Source: Caulobacteraceae bacterium (GTDB taxonomy: Bacteria > Pseudomonadota > Alphaproteobacteria > Caulobacterales > Caulobacteraceae). From it: DNA of 64,000 nucleotides. Of this stretch, positions 29,392-38,376 are shown one piece after another. The DNA is taken from contig JANWHQ010000159.1 in NCBI GenBank assembly GCA_025450315.1, positions 8,429 to 72,428 of the forward strand, given 5' to 3'. The translations under genes were made by a program, and so were the position numbers. Under the pieces are notes generated by a model. The model saw only the letters and a program-made list of their open reading frames with translations. It did no database searches and was not told the origin of the DNA. Position 1 is the first letter of the stretch. Each line of letters opens with the position of its first letter.

Positions 29392-30357
29392 ATGGCCCGC
29401 GCCGTTCTCGATGCCCCGCACTTCCACGATGAAGCCGCCGCATTCGCCTACGTAGAAGCGCTGCTGTGGCCGCAAGGCCCGGTCTGCCCCCACTGCCAAG
29501 CGGCTGGGGAACAGGTCTATCGGCTGGGCGGCAATGCCACCCGGATCGGCCTGCACAAGTGCCGGAGCTGCAAGGGCCAGTTCACCGTCCGCCAAGGGAC
29601 CATCTTCGAAAGCTCGCACCTGCCCCTGCATCTCTGGCTGCAGGTCATCCACCTCATGTGCGCCTCGAAGAAGGGCATCAGCACCCGTCAGATCCAACGG
29701 ATGCTGCAATGCTCCATGAAGACCGCCTGGTTCCTCGGCCACCGCATCCGCGAAGCCATGGCCGAGAAGCACGGCATCTTCACCCCGCCGCTTGGCGGCG
29801 CTGGCAAGGTCATCGAGGCCGATGAGGCATTCCTGAGCCGCGATCCCTCCAAGAAGCTCAAGGGCCCCGGGCCGGCATTGCCGGTCATGTCGCTGGTCGA
29901 GCGCGAAGGAAAGGTCCGCTCGTTCCACATTCCCGACGTGACCGTGAAGACCCTCCACACCGTCCTCGCTCGGCACGCCTCCAAGGAAAGCCGCCTGATG
30001 ACCGATGGCGCATACGCCTATCGCTCCATCGGCTGGAACTTCGCCGACCACGCTTGGGTCAACCACGAGGAGCGCGAGTACGTCTCCCGCCAGGACCCCT
30101 CGATCCATTCGAACACCGTGGAAGGGGTCTTCTCGATCCTGAAGCGCGGCGTTTACGGGACCTTCCACCACGTCTCGGAAGCGCACCTGAAGCGCTACCT
30201 CGCGGAGTTCGACTTCCGGTACAACACCCGCGCCAAGCTGGGCGTTGACGACATCGAGCGCGCCGACATCGCGCTTCAGGGCGCCAAGGGCAAGCGCCTC
30301 ACCTACGAAACGACTGGTCGCAGAGGGCAAGCTTCGGCCGGGGGCGCTACCGCCTAG
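29392..30357 (+). CDS. IS1595 family transposase
   Basis: 321-aa ORF with an N-terminal zinc ribbon (CPHC...CRSC) and the ISXO2-like DDE region (..VIEADEAFL.., ..LMTDGAYAY.., ..NTVEGVFSILKRG..). Confidence 0.9.
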   Translation: MARAVLDAPHFHDEAAAFAYVEALLWPQGPVCPHCQAAGEQVYRLGGNATRIGLHKCRSCKGQFTVRQGTIFESSHLPLHLWLQVIHLMCASKKGISTRQIQRMLQCSMKTAWFLGHRIREAMAEKHGIFTPPLGGAGKVIEADEAFLSRDPSKKLKGPGPALPVMSLVEREGKVRSFHIPDVTVKTLHTVLARHASKESRLMTDGAYAYRSIGWNFADHAWVNHEEREYVSRQDPSIHSNTVEGVFSILKRGVYGTFHHVSEAHLKRYLAEFDFRYNTRAKLGVDDIERADIALQGAKGKRLTYETTGRRGQASAGGATA

Positions 30358-30411
30358 GCGCTGGCGTCGCTCGCGTGACTCTGAGCCTGATCCGGCGCAG
30401 CTGCGGCAACA

Positions 30412-30612
30412 CTAATTCAAGAGGGATTGCCTCTTCCGTGAACGCCATTGCCCACGAACTTCCGCACCTTCTGAAGAGGTGAGGATTCCGAGGCGCCGAA
30501 GTTGGTCCACTGTAAGGTTTTCCCAATCGGCCCTGGCGTCCAACGCCTCGGCCAACGGGATGCCACGAACAAAGAAATCGTTCAGGGACGGCTTCGGTCG
30601 TTGATTGCGCAT
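30412..30612 (-). CDS. hypothetical small protein (weak call)
   Basis: 66-aa ORF in the lower-GC cargo, antisense to the rest of the cargo operon. I recognise no family and it may not be expressed. Confidence 0.25.
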   Translation of the reverse strand: MRNQRPKPSLNDFFVRGIPLAEALDARADWENLTVDQLRRLGILTSSEGAEVRGQWRSRKRQSLLN

Positions 30613-30743
30613 GCCGCATCCTCTCGCGTAGATTCATCCACGCGATGGCGGCCAGCCATCTTGTCACGGCCAGGGGGATTCCGGCCCCCTGAAAACAGGG
30701 CTTTCGCCCCGCGAGTCCTATAGCGGATGCGGGGTGATTTGTC

Positions 30744-31481
30744 GTGTCAGAACACCGGAAAGGGCGTTGGCCCGATCTTTATTTGCCGTTTGATGAGGAA
30801 TTGCGCCTAGCCCATAGTCAGGCGGAAACAGTCATGGACGATGCATCGAACGTCATAGGCGCATTCAGCGAGGACCATGCCGCCGCGCTGAGCGAGATTT
30901 CCGTCCGCCAGCTTCGCAAATGGAATCGCATCGGTTTGCTCCGGCCGAGCTACGGCGCTGACGAGCGCCACGTTCCCTATGGCCGGGTCTATTCCTTCCG
31001 CGACGTCGTCTCGCTGCGCGTGCTCGGGCAGCTACGGAACAAGCTCCGGGTCCCCGAGGCGCACCTGATGGACGTGCAAAGGGAACTATCGAAGCTGTCT
31101 GATGAGCCATGGGCCTCTCGGACCTTAGAAGTGCTCAAGCGTCGTGTTGTGATCCGAGACCCGGTCACCTTGGAGAAACGGGAGCTCATCAGTGGTCAGC
31201 GGGTATTGGACATCCCGCTAAGGTTGGTAATCTCCAGCCTTCGTGGTGCGGTGGCCAAGTTGAATGAACGCGGCGCTGACGAGATTGGAAAAGTGAAGCG
31301 GTACAAGTTCGTCTCAGAGAACCAGCCCGTGATCGCCGGCACCCGCATTTCTGTGGCGGCGATCAAGTCATTTGCCGACGCTGGCTACAGCGTTGACGCC
31401 ATCATCAAGGAGTATCCCGGCCTCAAAGCCGAGGACGTTAAGGCGGCCATTGAGTACCATGGCCAGTCCGCCGCCGCTTAA
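30744..31481 (+). CDS. MerR-type HTH fused to a C-terminal DUF433 (antitoxin-like) domain
   Basis: 245-aa ORF. The N-terminal part is MerR-like (FSEDHAAALSEISVRQLRKWNRIGLLRP...YSFRDVVSLRVLGQLR). The C-terminus is DUF433-like (PVIAGTRISVAAIKSFADAGYSVDAIIKEYPGLKAEDVKAAIEY). An alternative start at the internal MDDASN is possible. Confidence 0.75.
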   Translation: MSEHRKGRWPDLYLPFDEELRLAHSQAETVMDDASNVIGAFSEDHAAALSEISVRQLRKWNRIGLLRPSYGADERHVPYGRVYSFRDVVSLRVLGQLRNKLRVPEAHLMDVQRELSKLSDEPWASRTLEVLKRRVVIRDPVTLEKRELISGQRVLDIPLRLVISSLRGAVAKLNERGADEIGKVKRYKFVSENQPVIAGTRISVAAIKSFADAGYSVDAIIKEYPGLKAEDVKAAIEYHGQSAAA

Positions 31482-31867
31482 TGGCGAAGGCAACGCCAAA
31501 GCTGCGCTTTTTCACCGATGCCAACGTGCCTGACTCCGTCGGGGATTATCTGCGCCTCCGAGGCCACAGCGTTCACCGAATGCGCCACCATATGCCGGTC
31601 AATTCGGCCGATCCCATCGTTGCGACCGCCGCTATGCGGGATAATCGAATTCTAGTCAGCCAAGACAAGGATTTCGGTCATCAGCGCTTCATGGCGCCGC
31701 GCTTCGCCAGTCTCAACCGCTTGGCGCTTGTCGGGGCTGGCCCGACGTTGTCATCGGCCGTGAAGCAGTACATGCACCTGATCGAACTTCACTGGAGCCA
31801 CAAGAGCCGGAAGGGCGCGCGGCTCACGATCCACGTCAAAGCGGACGAGGTCCGGTTCCGGGACTGA
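31481..31867 (+). CDS. DUF5615 family PIN-like nuclease (putative toxin)
   Basis: 128-aa ORF whose start overlaps the upstream stop (TAATG). The acidic residues are placed as in a PIN-like fold (RFFTDANVP..., ILVSQDKDFG). Confidence 0.8.
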   Translation: MAKATPKLRFFTDANVPDSVGDYLRLRGHSVHRMRHHMPVNSADPIVATAAMRDNRILVSQDKDFGHQRFMAPRFASLNRLALVGAGPTLSSAVKQYMHLIELHWSHKSRKGARLTIHVKADEVRFRD

Positions 31868-31876
31868 CGTGTTAAG

Positions 31877-32062
31877 ATGACGACCATGGCCAAAGCACAA
31901 CCGAAGCCCAAGCTCACCGACGCCGAACGCCACGAGCGCTTCAAGGATATGGCGAAGGAGCTAGGAGCCGAGGGCGAAGCGCCGGGATTTGACCGCGTTG
32001 TTGGACGTGTGGCGAAGCTTCCCCGCGAGAACCCAAGTTCGGATAAGGGGCAGCAGGATTGA
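31877..32062 (+). CDS. hypothetical small soluble protein
   Basis: 61-aa charged ORF starting 9 nt after the PIN-like gene, on the same strand. I recognise no family. Confidence 0.35.
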   Translation: MTTMAKAQPKPKLTDAERHERFKDMAKELGAEGEAPGFDRVVGRVAKLPRENPSSDKGQQD

Positions 32063-32307
32063 GTGTAGACCCGCGCGTGCCTGGCGACGCCATCGTCGCG
32101 GCGGTATCGGGCCTCTACGTCGCCGCTTCGATCAGCTTGGGTCGCACCATCAACCCGAACGTGTTTGCGTGGCCGCTCGGGAGGGTCATTCTGCGCCGGA
32201 GAGGCGATGCCGGCATCTTCTGGCTTTGGGTTGTCATGGCCGCGCTGTGGTTCGTTGGTTCCTTCTACGCGACGGTCAGACTCCTGTTTTTCGGTCGTTA
32301 CCCCTGA
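32059..32307 (+). CDS. hypothetical small membrane protein (two predicted TM segments)
   Basis: 82-aa ORF whose TTG start overlaps the upstream stop (TTGA). Hydrophobic stretches are AIVAAVSGLYVAASISL and IFWLWVVMAALWFVGSFYATV. Confidence 0.4.
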   Translation: MSVDPRVPGDAIVAAVSGLYVAASISLGRTINPNVFAWPLGRVILRRRGDAGIFWLWVVMAALWFVGSFYATVRLLFFGRYP

Positions 32308-32344
32308 ACGTCACCCGGACGTTTCCTAGTCCTACATCTGGCCC

Positions 32345-32369
32345 CTAGTTTGCGAAGTGTAACATCGCC
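32345..32369 (-). repeat. right terminal inverted repeat (IRR)
   Basis: Reverse complement of IRL (22/25). It is immediately followed by the right TSD copy. Confidence 0.85.
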
Positions 32370-32377
32370 AAGGGGCG
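32370..32377. repeat. right copy of the 8-bp target-site duplication AAGGGGCG
   Basis: Identical to 29322..29329. Confidence 0.85.
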
Positions 32378-32430
32378 ATGGCCAAGGTGGGCGACGCGCG
32401 CTATCGTTTCGATCCGGACACACTGACGCC

Positions 32431-33039
32431 ATGCGCATGAGACGCCTGATCTGCGCCGCCGCCATGGGCGCCGTCCTGACCGGCGGGCCCCCCGCCACCG
32501 CCCAGTCCGCCGACCCGACCGTGGTCGCGGGCGTGACCGTGCTGGCGCGCCGGCCCCACGTGGTGGCCGGTCTGACGATCACCCCCGGACGCAGATGCCT
32601 GGGGGCCCGCCATCCCGCCGATCCGGAGGTCCCGGCGCCGAAACTCGTCAGCACCTTCCCGGCGAAAGGGGGCGTGGTGCGGCCGGGGATCCTGGTCCTG
32701 CGGCTGACCTTCGATCTGCCGATGACCTGCGAAGGCCTGCTCGACGGCCATCCGGACCTGCTGAATCCCTGCCCTCAGCCGCTCCACGATCCGCTGCTCA
32801 GCTTCGACCGGCGCACCTTCCTGACGGTCTGCCAGGTCAAGAAGAGCAGCCATTACGGCCTGTGGCTCAACCACAGCATCTATCACCGCTTCACCGGTCT
32901 GGCGGGACGGTCCTCGCAAGCCTCCGAACTGGTGTTCGACACCTCGGACGGGCCCGAGACCACCACCGTCGAGCAGGCGATCGCGGAGGACAATTGGCTG
33001 CAGCGGGCGGCGCTGCCGCAGCAGCCGCCGAAGGATTAG
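32431..33039 (+). CDS. hypothetical exported protein
   Basis: ATG at 32431 gives MRMRRLICAAAMGAVLTGGPPATAQS (signal peptide), 202 aa. The tracked start at 32350 lies inside the IS inverted repeat, so I rejected it. Confidence 0.55.
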   Translation: MRMRRLICAAAMGAVLTGGPPATAQSADPTVVAGVTVLARRPHVVAGLTITPGRRCLGARHPADPEVPAPKLVSTFPAKGGVVRPGILVLRLTFDLPMTCEGLLDGHPDLLNPCPQPLHDPLLSFDRRTFLTVCQVKKSSHYGLWLNHSIYHRFTGLAGRSSQASELVFDTSDGPETTTVEQAIAEDNWLQRAALPQQPPKD

Positions 33040-33452
33040 GAGTCGCCCGGGGCGGACGATCCGGGCCTGGGCCGGTTCAGGACCGCCGCGGCGCGGACGA
33101 GCGCCTTGAAGGCCTCCTCGTCGATCGCTTCGCCCTCATGGATGTCGATGGCGCGGCGGACGTTGCCCTCGAGGCTGGAGTTGAACAGGCCCTGGGGGTC
33201 GTCCAGCGCCGCGCCCTTGGCGAAGGTGACCTTCACCACCGCCTTGTAGGTCTCGCCGGTGCAGATCATGCCGTCCCAATACCAGACCGGAACGCCGCGC
33301 CATTTCCAGTCCTCGGTCACGCCGGGAACGGCCTGCCTGATCAGGGCGCGCAGGCGGGCCAGCACCTCGCCCCGCCAGTCGCCGAGCTCCTCGATCCGCC
33401 CGTCGATCCGCTGGGACGGGGAGGGGCCTTCGGCGGCGGGGGTCTCGGCCAT
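33036..33452 (-). CDS. DUF1801 (YdhG-like) domain protein
   Basis: Internal ATG at 33452 (138 aa): ...RIDGRIEELGDWRGEVLARLRALIRQAVPGVTEDWKWRGVPVWYWDGMICTGETYKAVVKVTFAKGA. Confidence 0.75.
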   Translation of the reverse strand: MAETPAAEGPSPSQRIDGRIEELGDWRGEVLARLRALIRQAVPGVTEDWKWRGVPVWYWDGMICTGETYKAVVKVTFAKGAALDDPQGLFNSSLEGNVRRAIDIHEGEAIDEEAFKALVRAAAVLNRPRPGSSAPGDS

Positions 33453-33606
33453 GGTCACTTCACCTGGACGGCGGCGGGCTGCCCGGTCTCGGGCGGCGGC
33501 TGGTTGCGGGGCAGCATGGCGCCGATGGCCAGCAGCGCCAGCACCGCGATGGTCACCACCGCGGCGCGGATCTGCCGCGGCGAAAGGCGCGGCTTGGCGG
33601 CCAGGG

Positions 33607-34434
33607 CTATTCCCCGCCCTGGAGGGGCGGACGGTCCAGCCCCTTCGGCGACAGGGTGAAGATCTCGACCCCCGTCTCGGTGACGCCGACGGCATGCTCG
33701 AACTGGGCCGACAGGGACTTGTCGCGGGTGACGGCGGTCCAGCCGTCGCTCAGCAGCTTCACCGGGTATTTGCCGAGGTTCACCATCGGCTCGACGGTGA
33801 AGAACATGCCGGGCTTCAACACCGCGCCCGAGCCCGGCGCGCCGTAGTGCAGCACGTTCGGATTGTCGTGGAACACCTGGCCCAGCCCGTGGCCGCAGAA
33901 GTCGCGCACCACCGAGCAGCGCTGGGCCTCCACATAGCTCTGGATGGCGTGGCCGATGTCGCCGAAGGTCCGGCCCGGCCGCGCCGCCGCGATGCCGCGC
34001 ATCATGGCCTCGTAGGTCACGTCCACCAGGCGGCGGGCGCGGGGCGAGACCTCGCCGACGCCGTACATGCGGCTGGTGTCGCCGTGCCAGCTGTCCAGCA
34101 CCACGGTCACGTCGATGTTGATGATGTCGCCTTCGCGCAGCGCCCGGTCCGAGGGGATGCCGTGGCAGACCACGTGATTGGGCGAGATGCAGACCGTCTT
34201 GGCGTAGCCGCGGTAGAACAGGCAGGCGGGCAGGGCGCCGTTGTCCAGGATGAACTCGCGGGCCAGCCGGTCCAGGTCGTCGGTGACCACCCCTGGCTTC
34301 ACCTCGGGAACCAGCAGGTCCAGGCATTCGGCGGCCAGCCGGCCGGCCCGGCGCATGCCCTCGAACGCTTCGGCGTCGTGCACCTTGATCTGCGAGGTGC
34401 GGGTGGGGATGTCGAGGACGTCGCTGTCGCTCAT
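33607..34434 (-). CDS. map: type I methionine aminopeptidase
   Basis: ATG at 34434 (275 aa). Metal-ligand motifs are present: [19 protein letters not shown] and FTVEPM. Confidence 0.93.
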   Translation of the reverse strand: MSDSDVLDIPTRTSQIKVHDAEAFEGMRRAGRLAAECLDLLVPEVKPGVVTDDLDRLAREFILDNGALPACLFYRGYAKTVCISPNHVVCHGIPSDRALREGDIINIDVTVVLDSWHGDTSRMYGVGEVSPRARRLVDVTYEAMMRGIAAARPGRTFGDIGHAIQSYVEAQRCSVVRDFCGHGLGQVFHDNPNVLHYGAPGSGAVLKPGMFFTVEPMVNLGKYPVKLLSDGWTAVTRDKSLSAQFEHAVGVTETGVEIFTLSPKGLDRPPLQGGE

Positions 34435-35162
34435 GCCGTGATCCGTGCGTTGGCCGCCATGGCGCCGCGCCAGGGAATGGGACGGACGAGGCGGACGGCT
34501 TCGGAGCTTATGTCGCAACCATAACAAAGGACTTCAACCCCCCGGCCCGCCGCCTCCACGAGGCCGGCGGCATAGGCCGGGTCGAGGTCGGGCGCGGTGT
34601 CGAACAGCTCGCAGTCGGTGCGCTGGATCACATAAAGCATGACCGCCCGGGCGCCGCCCTCGACCTCGCGGGTCAGCTCCTTCAGGTGCTTCAGCGAGCG
34701 GGCGGCGACGCAGTCGGGGAATTCCGCCAGGCCCCCGCCGCGCGACAGGTGGCAGTTCTTGATCTCCAGCCAGCAGGGCGGCCGGTCGGGGCCCGTCAGC
34801 AGGAAGTCGACCCGGCTGTTCGTCCCGTATCTCACCTCGCGCCGCACCTCGGTATAGCCGGCCAGCTCGGGGATGGCGCCGGCCTCCAGCGCCTCGGCGA
34901 CCAGGCGGTTGGGGTGCATGGTGTTGACCCCCACGAGCCCCCCGTCGGCCTCGACCAGCTCCAGGGTATGGGGCAGCTTGCGGGTGGGCGAGTCCGAGAC
35001 CGACAGCCACACCGGCAGGCCCGGGATGTTCAGCCCCAGCATGGCGCCGGGATTGGGACAGTGGGCGGTCAGCTCGCGGCCGTCCTCCATCGCCACGTCG
35101 GCGAAGAACCGCTTGTAACGCCGCACCAGCCGCCCGCGCTCGAGGGGGGAAGGGAATTGCAT
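34431..35162 (-). CDS. sfsA: sugar fermentation stimulation protein SfsA (DNA/RNA nuclease fold)
   Basis: ATG at 35162 (243 aa): [23 protein letters not shown]...CPNPG. Its stop overlaps the map start (ATGA). Confidence 0.9.
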   Translation of the reverse strand: MQFPSPLERGRLVRRYKRFFADVAMEDGRELTAHCPNPGAMLGLNIPGLPVWLSVSDSPTRKLPHTLELVEADGGLVGVNTMHPNRLVAEALEAGAIPELAGYTEVRREVRYGTNSRVDFLLTGPDRPPCWLEIKNCHLSRGGGLAEFPDCVAARSLKHLKELTREVEGGARAVMLYVIQRTDCELFDTAPDLDPAYAAGLVEAAGRGVEVLCYGCDISSEAVRLVRPIPWRGAMAANARITA

Positions 35163-35235
35163 GGTTCGCAAGTAGCCCCTGTGGCCGCGTCGTCCAACCG
35201 CGGATAGCTTCCGACTTGGAAGCGGGGGCGAGCGC

Positions 35236-36648
35236 ATGACCTTCCTTACGCGGCGCAAGTCGATCGACGCCATGGCGGCGGATGCTCACGGCGAACGCCG
35301 GCTGCGGCGCACCCTGTCCTGGCCGCATCTGATGGCGCTGGGCGTGGGCGCCATCGTCGGCACCGGCATCTACACCCTGATCGGCCAGGGGGCCGACCGG
35401 GCGGGGCCGGCGGTGATCCTGTCGTTCGCCATCGCGGGCGTGGTCTGCGCCTGTGCGGCCCTGGCCTACGCCGAGATGTCGACCATGATGCCGGCCGCGG
35501 GCAGCGCCTACACCTACACCTATGCGGTGCTGGGCGAGGGCCTGGCCTGGATCGTCGGCTGGAGCCTGATCCTGGAATACACCGTGGTCTGCTCCACCGT
35601 GGCGGTGGGCTGGTCGGGATATGCGACCGGGTTCCTGACCTCCCTGGGCGTGCATCTGCCCGCGGCGCTGACCACCGGGCCCGGCGGCGGCGGGCTGGTG
35701 AACCTGCCGGCCGTGCTGATCACCCTTGTGGTGGCGGCCCTGCTCGCAGCCGGCACCCGCGAGAGCGCCACGGTCAACGCCCTGCTGGTGGCCCTGAAGA
35801 TCGCGGCCCTGGCGGTGTTCGTGGCCATCGCCCTGCCGCACTTCGACGGCGCCAACTTCCACCCCTTCATGCCCTACGGCTTCACCTCGCACGAGGTGGC
35901 CGGCCTGCAGCGCGGGGTGATGGGGGCGGCGGCCCTGATCTTCTTCGCCTTCTATGGCTTCGATGCGGTCTCCACGGCGGCCGAGGAGGCCAAGAACCCC
36001 GGCCGCGACCTGATCATCGGCATCGTGGGCTCGATGGCGGTCTGCACCGTGCTCTACATGGTCATCGCCGCGGCGGCCCTGGGCGCCTTGCCCTACGGCC
36101 AGTTCGCCAAGAGCGCCGAGCCCCTGGCCCTGGTGCTGCGCAGCGTGCATGCGCCGGGCGCCGCGCGCATCATCGCCGCGGCGGCCGTCATCGCCTTGCC
36201 GACGGTGATCCTGGCCTTCATGTACGGGCAGAGCCGCATCTTCTTCGTCATGGCCCGCGACGGCCTTCTGCCCCGCGCCCTCAGCACCGTCAGCGACCGC
36301 ACCCACACGCCCGTGGCCATGACCGCATTCACCGCCATCGTGGTGGCCGTCGTGGCGGGGGTGTTCCAGCTGGGCCAGATCGCCGAGGTGGCCAATTCCG
36401 GCACCCTGGCCGCCTTCGTCGCCGTCTCGGCCTGCATGCTGGTGCTGCGCCGCACCGACCCGGACCGTCCAAGGGTGTTCAGGACCCCCCTGGCCTGGGT
36501 GCTGGGCCCCGTCGCCATCGTCGGCTGCATCTATCTGTTCTTCAGCCTGGCGCACCTGACCCAGGTCGCCTTCCTGATCTGGAACATCGTCGGCGTGGGG
36601 GTCTATCTGCTCTACGGCCGCCGCAAGAGCCTGCTCGCCCTGAACTGA
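35236..36648 (+). CDS. APC-superfamily amino acid permease
   Basis: 470-aa ORF with about 12 hydrophobic segments and the N-terminal signature [15 protein letters not shown]. Confidence 0.9.
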   Translation: MTFLTRRKSIDAMAADAHGERRLRRTLSWPHLMALGVGAIVGTGIYTLIGQGADRAGPAVILSFAIAGVVCACAALAYAEMSTMMPAAGSAYTYTYAVLGEGLAWIVGWSLILEYTVVCSTVAVGWSGYATGFLTSLGVHLPAALTTGPGGGGLVNLPAVLITLVVAALLAAGTRESATVNALLVALKIAALAVFVAIALPHFDGANFHPFMPYGFTSHEVAGLQRGVMGAAALIFFAFYGFDAVSTAAEEAKNPGRDLIIGIVGSMAVCTVLYMVIAAAALGALPYGQFAKSAEPLALVLRSVHAPGAARIIAAAAVIALPTVILAFMYGQSRIFFVMARDGLLPRALSTVSDRTHTPVAMTAFTAIVVAVVAGVFQLGQIAEVANSGTLAAFVAVSACMLVLRRTDPDRPRVFRTPLAWVLGPVAIVGCIYLFFSLAHLTQVAFLIWNIVGVGVYLLYGRRKSLLALN

Positions 36649-36714
36649 ACGGGGCGACATCCGCGCCCGCCTCGGCTAGAAGGCGCGCCTCTCCCCATTT
36701 CTGCGAGGCGCCCG

Positions 36715-37182
36715 ATGGCTTCCGATCCCGAAAACACGATCGTCATGACCCTGGAGTCCGGACCGGTCACCATTGCGCTGCGCCCCGACCTGGCGCCCAA
36801 GCACGTGGCGCGGATCAAGGAGCTGGCGCGCGAGGGTTTCTACGACGGCGTCGTGTTCCACCGGGTCATCCCGGGCTTCATGGCCCAGGGCGGCGATCCC
36901 ACCGGCACCGGCACGGGCGGCTCGGACAAGCCCAACCTGCCGGCCGAGTTCTCCAAGGAGCCGCACCAGCGCGGCGCCTGCTCGATGGCCCGCACCAACA
37001 ACCCGAACTCGGCCAACAGCCAGTTCTTCATCTGCTTCGACGACGCCACCTTCCTGGACGGCCAGTACACCGTCTGGGGCGAGGTGACCGAAGGCATGGA
37101 GCACATCGACGCCCTGCCCAAGGGCGAGCCCCCGCGCGCGCCGGGCAAGATCGTCTCCAGGAAGGTCGCCGCGGACGCGTGA
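36715..37182 (+). CDS. cyclophilin-type peptidyl-prolyl cis-trans isomerase
   Basis: 155-aa ORF with FHRVIPGFMAQGGDPTGTGTGG and NSQFFI motifs. No signal peptide. Confidence 0.92.
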   Translation: MASDPENTIVMTLESGPVTIALRPDLAPKHVARIKELAREGFYDGVVFHRVIPGFMAQGGDPTGTGTGGSDKPNLPAEFSKEPHQRGACSMARTNNPNSANSQFFICFDDATFLDGQYTVWGEVTEGMEHIDALPKGEPPRAPGKIVSRKVAADA

Positions 37183-37299
37183 GGTCCAGGCCTACCCCTT
37201 ACCGTCATGGCCGGGCTCGTCCCGGCCACCCATGAACACCTAGCTCTTCCAGCGTGCATGGGTTCGCGGGACAAGCCCGCGAATGACGGTGATCATGGA

Positions 37300-38376
37300 A
37301 TGAATGTCTCCGACTTCGACTTCGAGCTGCCGGAGGACCGCATCGCGCTTCGGCCGGCCGAGCCGCGCGATGCGGCGCGGCTGCTGCGCGCGCCGGCGGC
37401 GGGGCCGTTCGAGGATCGCATCGTGCGCGATCTCCCGGAGCTGCTGAGGCCGGGCGACGTGGTGGTGGTCAACGACACCAAGGTGATCCCCGCGCGCCTC
37501 TCGGGCGTGCGCACCCGCGAGGACTCGGTGGTGGCGGTCGAGGCCACGCTGCATCGGCGCCTGACGCCCTCGCGCTGGAGCGCCTTCATGAAGCCGGGCA
37601 AGCGGCTGAAGCCCGGCGACCGGGTGCGCTTCGGCGAGCGCACCGACCGCGCCTGCCTGCTGGGCGCGCTGGACGCCACGGTGAAGGAGAAGGGGGAGGG
37701 GGGCGAGGTCGTCCTGGCCTTCGACCTTTCCGGCCCCGACCTCGACATGGCCATCGCCGAGCGTGGCGTCATGCCCCTGCCGCCCTATATCGCCGCCCGC
37801 CGGGCCGAGGACGAGCGCGACCAGGCCGACTACCAGACCATGTTCGCCGAGCCGGAGGGCTCGGTCGCCGCGCCCACCGCCGGGCTGCATTTCACCCCCG
37901 GGCTGACCGACAGGCTGGCGGCGCGGGGGATCGGGCTGCAACGGGTCACCCTGCACGTCGGGGCGGGCACCTTCCTGCCGGTGAAGGTCGAGCAGGTGGC
38001 CGAGCACCGCATGCACGCCGAATACGGCGAGGTCGCCCGGGCCACGGCCGACGCCCTGAACGCCGCGCGGGCGGCGGGCGGACGGATTGTCTGCGTCGGC
38101 ACCACGTCCCTGCGCCTGCTGGAAAGCGCGGCCGGCGAGGACGGGGTGATCCGGCCGTTCGCGGACGAGACCTCGATCTTCATCACCCCGGGCTACCGCT
38201 TCCGCACGGCGGAGGTGCTGCTGACCAACTTCCACCTGCCGCGCTCGACCCTGTTCATGCTGGTCGCGGCCTTCGCCGGCCTGGAGCGCATGCGCGCAGC
38301 CTACGCCCACGCCATCGACGGCGGCTATCGCTTCTATTCCTACGGCGATGCTTGCCTGCTGGAGCGGGCGGCGTGA
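37300..38376 (+). CDS. queA: S-adenosylmethionine:tRNA ribosyltransferase-isomerase
   Basis: Internal ATG at 37300 gives [24 protein letters not shown] (358 aa). Motifs include PLPPYI and GTTSLR. Confidence 0.93.
   Translation: MNVSDFDFELPEDRIALRPAEPRDAARLLRAPAAGPFEDRIVRDLPELLRPGDVVVVNDTKVIPARLSGVRTREDSVVAVEATLHRRLTPSRWSAFMKPGKRLKPGDRVRFGERTDRACLLGALDATVKEKGEGGEVVLAFDLSGPDLDMAIAERGVMPLPPYIAARRAEDERDQADYQTMFAEPEGSVAAPTAGLHFTPGLTDRLAARGIGLQRVTLHVGAGTFLPVKVEQVAEHRMHAEYGEVARATADALNAARAAGGRIVCVGTTSLRLLESAAGEDGVIRPFADETSIFITPGYRFRTAEVLLTNFHLPRSTLFMLVAAFAGLERMRAAYAHAIDGGYRFYSYGDACLLERAA

Larger units (their letters stand above)
29330..32369 (+). mobile_element. IS1595-family element (3,040 bp) carrying passenger genes
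   Basis: The element is bounded by 25-bp inverted repeats (22/25 matched) and flanked by a perfect 8-bp direct repeat. It contains one IS1595-type transposase gene and about 1.9 kb of lower-GC cargo. Confidence 0.85.

Noticed and set aside
30660-30690. Hairpin CAGGGGG-ATTCCGG-CCCCCTG inside the IS cargo, considered as a terminator.
   Set aside because: The stem is only 7 bp and there is no T-run on either strand. I cannot distinguish it from chance in this context.
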